A DNA stretch of 64,000 nucleotides from Camelus ferus (taxonomy: Eukaryota), in the NCBI RefSeq assembly GCF_009834535.1, contig NC_045696.1:66094001-66158000 (forward strand), given 5' to 3'. The translations under genes were made by a program, and so were the position numbers. This document shows, piece after piece, positions 54,070 through 64,000 of this stretch (position 1 is its first letter; each line of letters starts with the position of its first letter). Below the pieces are notes generated by a model. It saw only the letters and a program-made list of their open reading frames with translations. It did not search any database and had not been told where the DNA came from.

Positions 54070-54574
54070 TCTTTTTTTTTTTTACCTCTTTTTGAGAATT
54101 TTAAAAATATTTTTATTGAGGTGCAATAGACATATAACATTATGGTAGTTTCAGGCATACAGTATAATGATCTGATATTTTGTATACTGTGAAATGATCA
54201 CCACAGTAAGCCCAGTTAACACCGATCACCATGCATAGTTATAATTTTTTCTTCTTGTGATGAGGACTTTCACAATTTACTCACTTAGCAATGATGGATG
54301 CATGGATAAAGAAGGTCTAAGCCTATTCCTGTATTATTCAGCCATAAAAAAAGAATGAAATCTTGCCATTTGGGACAACACGCATGAACCTAAAACTGAG
54401 TTCAGAGATACAGAGAACAGATTGGTGGTTGCCAGAGGTGGGAGGATGCAGGGTGGGTGAAATGGGTACAGGAGTCAAAAGGTACAAACTTCTTGTTACA
54501 AAATACGTAAGTCAGGGGGATGTAATGTACAACATGGGACTATAGTTAATAACACTGTATTGCATATTTGAAAG
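54070..54574 (-). mobile_element. L1MA9-like 3' end with a 5' inversion, inserted in an L2
   Basis: 54070-54291 is the antisense terminal segment with a T tail. 54292-54574 is the immediately upstream L1 segment in the opposite orientation. Confidence 0.82.
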
Positions 54575-56052
54575 ATCCCCCGGTTGTCGAAGCTCCAGCA
54601 ACACTGGCATGATGATCCCTGCAGCTCAGGGCCTTCACACATGCCATCCTCTGCCTTCTCTCTGCTTTGCATGGGTGGTTCTTTCTTTCCATCTGTTCTC
54701 AATAAAACACATCCTTTTCTCAAGTAGATCTTCCCTAACCACCTGACAATGGGAGTACTGTCCTATTATTTTCCATCAATATAATCCCCTACGGATAATC
54801 TTCACAGAACTTTTTTCAAGTGTCTGTTTACCTATTTCCTTCCATCCCACACCCTCCCCAAGGGTGTAAACTCCATGAGGGCAGAGACCATTTCTGTCTT
54901 GTTTACCAATAAATATAGGCAAGCACAGTGTCCAGCACAGACCGATACACTATGAATGAATGCAAAATGTCTTTGTCTTCTTTCCACTCTCTGTGCTACG
55001 AAGATTCGCATATAGCAGGTGCCCAGGAAACATCTGCTGAGCTGGGCTTCACATCTAGTCACGAAGGACCGTCTCCCTAAACGTGGAGGTCATAGAGATC
55101 TTGGATTTATTTTCCTTACTTCACAAAGGTACATTTTCAAAATAAGAATAGTTGATCTTCTGTGAATAAAACTACGGCATACTTTAAAATGGATACATAA
55201 CCAGCCTACGAAAACACAGATTTCTCTGGGGCTGAAGAGGACTTGTGCACTAAACCTGAACAAATTTTCAGGTTTGTGATTCTGGAGAGTTCGCAGTGAG
55301 TGAAATAACACACCTATGTATGCATCAGTGATGACGCCCCCACTCCAACCTTTTGTAGCAGTTGCTGAATCCAGATACCAGTTTTTCTCGCAGTTTTATT
55401 GCCGCAGTGCATGGCTGTTAGTGTAACTGACACCATCTTGGGCCCTTAACCATTTCTCCTGTTCTTTCGCTGACCCTACCCAGAACTGTACTGTGCAGTG
55501 AATCACTTCTATGTCTTCAAGGGCTTTGAAGTTAATAGATATTGCTAAATAACCATTGGGGTCAGGTGGCCGCTATGCTCTGTTATTCCCTATACAGTGA
55601 TGAAAACCTTTGCTGACGTATTATTGGCGCTCACGAGCCTAGTTACCTATCCATGAACTTTGACTTACGAATGAATGTCCTGGTACCAAGCACCTACCTG
55701 CATACTCTAGTTAACTATAAAATTGTCCCCATGGTCCCTCCGCAGTCCAGAATGCAGATGTGAACACTTCCAGATCCTACTCCGCCCCATCTCAATCCCA
55801 CCCTTTGAGTAAGTTACCCTATAAGAAATACTGATTACATGGAGCTGCATGCCTTGTTTTTCAGTCTCAAGATGCCTTCTCAATTGGGTGGGTAACTTTT
55901 GTTCCCTCCATCCGCCCACACACACACACACACAGTGACAGTTTCTGAGAAGCATAAAACATTCCAGCCCCACCAGGAATAAAGTGAAACTTGGAATGAA
56001 TCCACCATCAAATTTCAAAATTCACACCCGATCACTGTCAAAGGCTAGCCAG

Positions 56053-56101
56053 AAAACAAACCAAAACAAACCAAACCAAACCAAAACAAAACGAAACAAA
56101 A
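56053..56101. repeat. (AAAAC/AAACC)n pentanucleotide repeat
   Basis: Read directly. Confidence 0.9.
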
Positions 56102-59100
56102 CACTGGTATTTGTAGACTAAAAAGAATTGTCTAAAGCTATACACTGCTGTGTACCAAAAACATTTCTGAGCCACATGTTAAAATCATTTATCAAGTCCC
56201 TACATACCTACGGGGAGGGACAGAGCTAGTAAGCTGGGTATGAAGGGAAAGACAGGGAGTTACAGTTAGTATCTCTGGGTTAGCCACAAGGGAAGTCAAA
56301 TGAATAATACCAAGGCAACCCTGCTGCATACTGAAGTTAACAGTTTCCACTCCACTCAAACCCACTACATCCGCACTGAACCTCCACTGTTCCTTCATCC
56401 GTGATCTTGTTTAGAACTGCTCTCCTTTAGGAAATTTCTTATAACCTTGGAAAAACGCATCATATCTGAAGATGATACGCAATTTAAAGGCACTGTATAT
56501 ATTTCAGGTAACTTAGAACAAATCAACACGAAACATATTCACAACATGAAAAATCACGTCCTATGTTCTTTTTCTTTAATTGAATGAATGGTTCCTTTCA
56601 AATGTGTACGCTCCCTGTCATCAACTACTGACAGACAACTTTGGTTGGCATATTCAGAAAGGGAAGAGGCTTAATCATAAAGAATTCAGTGGCAGCACGG
56701 AATTAAGCAAATAGCATGCGTTTTAAAGTCAAACAGGTAAACAAGTTTTACCACGTGGTAACAGTTATATAAGCTGTTAATGCAACTTTTTAATTCACGT
56801 TTCTGAATCTGGAGTTCCTACGTGGTAAAGACAGATGAAAACATCTATCTCTATCTTATGAAGCTGTTCAGAAATTTATATTTTATGTTACTACACACAC
56901 ACACTACTCCCTGGTTCAATTAATGTTATTTCCCTTCCCTTCCTTCTTTCCTATTACACATTACACACACATTCCACTACATAGTTATTACCGATTTACG
57001 GGGAAATAGAATAAAAGGTATTTAAAGCCATGCTTAGCTTAACATGATCTTCCTTTAGTGATTAAAAAAATCAATACTGTACGACATTTCATGGCTATTT
57101 TTGCAGCCACTGTTTATCACTACATTGTAGATGACAGGAAGAACATTTTTAACAACAGGACATTTAGAGTAACAAAGGTGAGATTACTAAATGTTCGCTT
57201 TAATAGAGCAACTGGGAACAAAGACCCTGCCCTCACTTTCTTTCTGAAATCTTCCTCAGCATCTCACTAAGGACACTGCATGCAGGGGGAGGGAGGGACT
57301 CCTCCAACACTTCCATTTACTAATTGCCCTATTCACAATTTCCATTATTTTGATTATCCTTCAGACAAAGCTACACACTCCTCCTAGACCTAAATACGAG
57401 CTGGGTTTCTACTGAGCCTCAAGCAACACACTGCTACTAGGAAAGACATTTTACAGCTCGGTGTCGACTGCAAGCAGCAGATTGTTTCTGCCCAGACCTT
57501 ATGTATGCAGAGTGCGTAAGGGATCCAGAGTGCTACACTCTTGCCTGCCATCCCCTCTTCCTTCATTATGGTGAAGGACACGCACAGCTCTGTGCCTCCG
57601 TCTCTGCCCTACGCTTCCTTCAGAATGCACGCATCCTGAAGATGCTGATGGATCTCACGGTGGGAGGTACACGAGATGTAAGAAAACTTCTATAACATTT
57701 AAGTCTTCATTTCATCTCAGCATTTTAATATGCTAGGGAGGAGGAAAAGGGTCAGAATGTTAAAACACACACGCATACACACACACACAAACAAAAACTA
57801 CTGAACTGTCTTAAAAAGATACCATCCATTCCAAAGTTAAGAGGGAAAAAAGGGGGAGTATTTAAGTGTTGTACTTAAAAAAAAATTTTTTTTTAATGAT
57901 CTCAAAAAGTATATACCTGGGTTTGCATCAGGCAAGTCCCTCTGTGGAAAGACTCTCTGTATCTCTGTCTTTCTCTTTGTATCTCTCTCTCTATCACTAT
58001 CTCTTTTCTCTCTTCGCCTCTCAATTTTCATTCCTCTTCTCTCCTCATCCCATTCCTCCTCTTTATTTTCCTTTACCTTGAGTGGACAATGATAAAATGC
58101 TGAAGAGACATTTAGAATCAATTCATGGATGTCAAAAAGTCTTGCATAAGACAAGTTTAATTTTCCGCAGGGAACCAAGTAGATCAAAAGGTCCAAAGCA
58201 AATTAGAAATTAGGAGGATAAAATTCATGCTCTGTCTGAAAAGCAAAAATTAGTTCATTAAGAGACTTTTGGGGCAGTCTGAAGTTTCAAAGGACCTAGG
58301 GAAGGACAAAAGAAACTTGGGTGCAACGATTTAAGCTGTTAGATGTAATGTGTTTAAACAGCAAACAAGTCCATGGTGAACTATTAAAGGTTTCTCCCTA
58401 AAGAAAAAAAAAAGGGCAAACAAAGCTATAGGAGATAATGGTTAATAATGGTTGAGATCTACTTTGAGAGAACAATTTGTAGCTCTGTGTTTGCTTTAAC
58501 AATAATGGAGTCTTATATTTGAACTATAGTTGTACTTGTACGCAAGTAATTAAGAATTAGATAAAAACCCATGATGTTGTATTAACAAAGAAATATATTT
58601 ATGTAGAAAAGCTACCAGTGACTGATGGATGCCCTCTCTTTCTGTGTCTTTCTTCTTGAGTATCACACAGGTTCCACTGCGGAAGCAGAGTTGGCAAATA
58701 CTCTTCAGTTGGTCCCTCTTGCAGGCATGGAAAGCTCAAACTTTAAAGGGGATGTGATATTCTGTTACATAAGTTAAGGGGAAAACGCAAACATCTGTAC
58801 CTTGGTGTACGTATCAAAATGCACGCTCCTGCCTCCCTCATGGAGTGCTTCAAAAAAATATGAAAGTATCTCCGAAGCAAGAGAACAATGGGGATGATGG
58901 GCAAAGAGCCTTAAGCAATTACTCCAGGCCCTACGAACACTGTAGGGCAGTAGAATTTATTTCCCAATCATGTACAGCTATACCAGAAATTTTCATGCCG
59001 ATGGCAGAAGGAGAAATAAAATTCATAAAACTAACAAAACTCAGCCAAGTCTAGATTATTGAAGGTATGGTTATTTGGTCTCTATCCTCTCATTTTCTCA

Positions 59101-60159
59101 GCCATCTGGAATTTTCATCATTCCTTCTGCCTCTAAAACAGAGAAAGACAAAAGAAGGCAATTCTGTACAACTTTTTTTGTAGGTTTAGATGGCAGGTAC
59201 TTGAAGGTATTGACTGAGGATCTCATATTATTTGTAAAATGTGTCCCTTTCCTCTCTGTTCCTCAAAAATTAATGAGCGATAGCAGCACCCAGTGGATTT
59301 TAGAATAAAGCAACCACTGTATTGTCATCTTGAGGGTGGATGTGTATTTTATTTTCTAAAGAACTTAATCAACTAAATAGAAAAGAAATTTTTTAAATAG
59401 TGAAATAAAATGGGGGAGAACTGTTCCAGGAGTGAGTCGCTAATAATCAGATGGTGATGTGGCTCTATGAAGCTCAACTCAAGAGGGCAGAAACAAACGT
59501 TCTGGGGGGAAAAATTGCAGAAACAGAGGTGATTCAAAGGCAGAAGAAAGTCTTATAAGCCAGACATTGTCACTTATAACCATGTACATGTCCCCTGCAA
59601 AAATAGTGGCTTCTCTCAACTAACACATGTGAAGGAAGAATCAGGTCATTTTTCTAAACATAGAATTAATGCTGTGACACAAGAAGCCTTTCTAGAGAAT
59701 TTATATCTGCAGAGTCAGAATTAGGCCAATAAACTGCAGTACTCAAACCTCTTCAATACCCACTCCTGGGAAGTATAAGTAACAAACGTCAGTGTCTTTC
59801 AAAATACAAATGCAGCTCAAAAAAAAGAAGAGTGAAGATATCTGCTCCCAAGAAGAAGCATTTAAAAGACAACAGGGTGAATGTTATAATGCCAATGACC
59901 TTTAGGTCTAAGAATAAAATGGAACTGTATTCTTCACACATTCTCCAAATGTTTGAACTAAATTGCATAGAAACAAAGTGTGTTCAGGATGACCAGCCAT
60001 GAGCAACAGACACAAGGACTGAATGTCACAAGTACATCCAAGTATGGAATTTTTCAAAAAGCACATTCAAATAATATGAGGCCACTGGAGCCGGCAACAA
60101 ATTGAATCTTTACCAGAAGCTGAAAGAACCACTGCATAGCATTAAAAATATTATATGTC

Positions 60160-61445
60160 TCCCTTACACCATATACAAAAATCAACTCAAAATGGATTAA
60201 AGACTTAAACATAAGACAATATACAATAGACCTCCTAGAGGAAAACATAGGCAAAACATTATCTGACATACATCTCAAAAATTTTCTCCTAGAAGAAATA
60301 AAAGCAAGAATAAACAAATGGGACCTAATGAAACTTACAAGCTTCTGCACAGCAAAGGAAACCAGAAATAAAACAAGAAGAAAACCTACGGAATGGGAGA
60401 AAATTTTTGCTAGTGAAACCGACAAAGGCTTGATCTCCAGAATATATAAGCAGCTCATACGACTCAATAAGAAAAAAATAAACAACCCAATCCAAAAATG
60501 GGCAGAAGACCTAAACAAGCAATTCTCCAAGGAAGACATACAAATGATCAAAAAGCACATGAAAAAATGCTCAATATCACTAATTATCAGAGAAATGCAA
60601 ATCAAAACTACAATGAGGTATCACCTCACACCAGTCAGAATGGCCGTCATTCAAAAATCCACAAATGACAAATGCTGGAGAGGCTGTGGAGAAAGGGGAA
60701 CCCTCCTACACTGCTGGTGGGAATGCAGTTTGGTGCAGCCACTATGGAAAACAGTGTGGAGATTCCTCAAAAGACTAGGAATAGACTTACCATATGACCC
60801 AGGAATCCCACTCCTGGGCTTGTATCCAGAAGGAAATCTACTTCAGGATGACACCTGCACCCCAGTGTTCATAGCAGCACTATTTACAATAGCCAAAACA
60901 TGGAAACAGCCTAAATGTCCATCAACAGGTGACTGGATAAAGAAGAGGTGGTATATTTATACAATGGAATACTACTCAGCCATAAAAACTGACAACATAA
61001 TGCCATTTGCAGCAACATGGATGCTCCTGGAGAATGTCATTCTAAGTGAAGTAAGCCAGAAAGAGAAAGAAAAATACCATATGAGATCGCTCATATGTGG
61101 AATCTAAAAAACAAAAACAAAAACAAACAAACAAACAAAAACAAAGCATAAATAAAGGACAGAAATAGACTCACAGACAGAGAATACAGATTTGTGGTTA
61201 CCAGGGGGGTGGAGGGTGGGAAGGGATAGACTGGGATTTCAAAATTGTAGAATAGACTACACTGTATAGCACAGGGAAATATACACAAAATGTTACGATA
61301 ACTCACAGAGAAAAAAATGTGACAATGAGTGTGTATATGTCCATGAATAACTGAAAAATTGTGCTGAACACTGGAATTTGACACAACCTTGTAAAATGAT
61401 TATAAATCAATAAAAAATGTTAAACAAACAAACAAACAAACAAAC
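60160..61445 (+). mobile_element. Young 5'-truncated L1 with an open ORF2 C-terminal fragment
   Basis: Perfect 15-bp TSD aaaatattatatgtc at 60145-60159 and 61446-61460. The frame is open from 60160 to 61107 and includes the [18 protein letters not shown]ys-rich motif. AATAAA and an (AAAC)n tail follow. Confidence 0.96.
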
Positions 61446-62637
61446 AAAATATTATATGTCCTTGTAGAAGACAGACAGAATTTTAAAAAAAGAAAAAAGA
61501 ATTAGCCATCTATAGCTAAAACACATTAAAGAGAAATAGCCTCTTTCCCTGTAGGGATTCCTGTCCTCCACAATCTTTTCCCAATCTCCCTTTCCAGTTT
61601 GGCTTCTAAACACCTTCACACTATCCCTTCAGCTGAACTGCACTATTCTGTTCCCAAATAAGAAATGTATTTTCTCCTAGAAAAGAGCAGTTGTTTTTTG
61701 ATTGGGAAGTCTTCCTCAATACCTCCCTACAGGACTAGTAACTTCCTCTGCTATCTCATAGCATTTTGTTTGGTATTTATTTTCTGTTCTCTCTCTCTCA
61801 GACTTTACTGTAAGATGTTTGCAAAACAAACCTTCCCTTCTGTACCCTGGATTCTGTAATATAAAATAGTCAAACACATAATCTCTAGAATGAAGTGAAG
61901 TCATTGTAAGATAAACACTTGCCATTGGAAATAATTTAATTAAATAATCGAAGAGTGCACTTTGTACATGTCCATGATAATAAGACCCATAATGCTTTTT
62001 AATAAATAAGCAAGAAGGAAGAATTGGTTGAGGTTTGCTGTTGTTGGTTAGTTGGCTGGATGGTTGTTTTGTTGATGGTGATAGGTTGGTTGTTTTGGTT
62101 TGTATGTAAGGGCACAGTGACACAGAGTGATTAAAGAACTTTAATGTCATTAAACAGCTCATAAAGTGAAACGGTCATAACCTGAACCACTGTCTCTTGA
62201 TTCCTGGTAAGCCACATGTTTTCGCTCATTTATTTTACATAGTGTAATTCACTCTCAATAAGCCACAAGGTTATTTCCACCCTCTGCAAATTTTCTAAAA
62301 GCAATGATAAAGAAATCAGGAGAGCTTCCCTCCCTTGCAGAAGAAAGCCCCAAAGGCAGGCAGTGTGGTATAAAGGAAAGAGCTCTGCTTTTGGAATAAA
62401 GACAGCCTTCAAAACTCAGCTCTATCAGGCAAGCCATCATGAGTACTGGTAACTGAAGCCACTCCCTGGCTCTTCACTTCCTAAATTATAAAAAGGGATG
62501 TAAGAGTCTCTACACTCCACTCCCATCACAGTGTTTTCTGTGACATTAATAATAATGTGTGTGAAATCTAGCCTTGCACCTGGCACATAGTTAACTGTTT
62601 GTTGACTTTGAAATAAAAAAGCTGTATTCTAAAGATC

Positions 62638-62670
62638 TGTGTGTGTGTGTGTGTGTATGTGTGTGTGTGT
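62638..62670. repeat. (TG)n microsatellite with one interruption
   Basis: Read directly. Confidence 0.93.
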
Positions 62671-64000
62671 GAGAAAGGGTGCATGTGTGTGTGCATTTGG
62701 AGAAGAGAGTTCATTGCTATCATTTTCAATGTGGCCTGTGCAGAAAATAATTTTGATATGGCAGTATTTTAAAATTCATCATATTATATGTGGCACCATT
62801 CTAACTGCCTCCCCAACTTGGAATCACAAGTTCCAAATATTTATTTCTACTCTAAAGACAGCTTTCGCAGTTCAGCTTCTTAGCATGCTGCCAACAAAAC
62901 ACACCGGAAGAGAAATGTGTGACAAGTTGAAGTTTGCTTTTGGGATTCTTGCAAAGAAGAAGGGTTTTGAGTTTAGTACTGGAAACGTTTATTTCCGTAA
63001 GAAGCAAAAATGGGAATATTGAGTTTTGAGCTTACATTACAGTGATTTTCCTCCTGGAAAAAAAATCTTTGGGAGGGAGGGGGTGGTGGTAAAAAGAATA
63101 AAGATACTTCTTATTTAGAAAATATAGAAATCTATTACTGAGTGAGTCTTTAACAGTTAGCTAAACCCATGCCTCCTTGGATATCAGTTTTTTTTTTCTT
63201 AATTATTATATGCTGGTAGAGTCCATGGGGAATGTATTTGGTAAAAATAACACGCATCTTGGGAACTGGGGAGCTAAGAACCAGGTTGAAGTCACAGTTA
63301 TGTTACATATTAGCTGTATGACTTTGGGTAACTCACTTAACCACTGTGATCTTAATTTCCTTATCCAAAAAAAGGAATTATAACAGCTTGACTGCTCCAC
63401 AGTTTGGTAGTGAGAATTTAACTGACATAGAATATGTAAAATGCAAAGGGAACTTTATTTCAGCAAAGGAAACTTTATTATCACCACTATAACTACCATA
63501 TTATGATTATATTATCATGTTATACTTATCTAAGCTTTAATTCCTTAAAAGAAAGCAAATGCTGGCTTTGGATTATTCGCTTGTATCACCACCAGAGATG
63601 GAATGCTGCTCCCACATTCTGGAGTGAAGAAGGAAATCACGGTACTGCTACAGAAAGATTATATTCTCAAGTCAGAATTGTGTGACTTGAAGTCCAGTCA
63701 CTGCCTTTGAGATGCACTGCATGGAACTAAAGCTTTTATGTTGTTATAATTCCTTTTTGAAAATCTGGGGCTTTCCTTGAGAGAAGAGTCCACATGGAGG
63801 AGCCCAGACAACAAGACAAGACTCTTACTAATAGCACAGGCATGTACAGAGCTGTAGGGTTTTCAGGCTATTTCTCCTTTGCTCCTCACATCAGTCTTGC
63901 GATTCCACTAGCATGGGTACCTGAAGCACAGGAAGAGCCCCACAAAAGAATAACGAGTCCACTGTTGTCTACACTATTGCAAGAGGCACGATGCATGAGA

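Larger units (their letters stand above)
1..64000 (-). other. IL1RAP: IL1RAP gene body (partial; exons equivalent to human 4-10 plus introns)
   Basis: Seven minus-strand exons splice in frame and translate to the IL1RAP ectodomain and TM segment. Exon lengths of 286/187/166/72/127/149/~150 nt match the human structure as recalled. Confidence 0.97.

Noticed and set aside
60054..60605. 183-aa minus-strand ORF (also 663..956, 61091..61384 and 26610..26963)
   Set aside because: These are antisense frames of L1 sequence, a common artefact.
31300..64000. IL1RAP ATG/signal-peptide exon, or any other gene
   Set aside because: I found no match to an MTLLWC...SDAS-like exon by eye. The corresponding human intron is about 40 kb (recalled), so the exon is probably beyond the window.
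1..64000. CRISPR arrays, operons or other prokaryote-type systems
   Set aside because: This is mammalian intronic DNA, and I saw no regularly spaced repeat-spacer structure or dense ORF cluster.

Overview
Mammalian genomic DNA, almost certainly camelid (alpaca/camel): it carries Vic-1-like tRNA-derived SINEs and camelid-type L1 3' ends. The whole window lies inside IL1RAP (IL-1 receptor accessory protein), transcribed on the minus strand. Seven coding exons, equivalent to human exons 4-10, were mapped by hand with their splice sites. They encode Ig domains D1-D3 and the transmembrane segment. I did not find the ATG/signal-peptide exon (expected beyond base 64000) or the TIR exons (expected before base 1). 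The intron-9 read-through tail and polyA signals of soluble IL1RAP are present. The rest is intron rich in L1, L2, MIR, MaLR/ERV LTR and hAT elements. I find no evidence of a new multi-gene system. The best leads are a lost splice acceptor (AA in place of AG) at the transmembrane exon with in-frame alternative AGs, a longer soluble-isoform tail, an open frameshifted sIL1RAP-beta frame, a 32-bp fold-back hairpin, a twin-primed inverted L1 and a young L1 with an open ORF2 fragment. Comparisons with human and mouse sequences and repeat subfamily names are from memory, and old-repeat boundaries are approximate.
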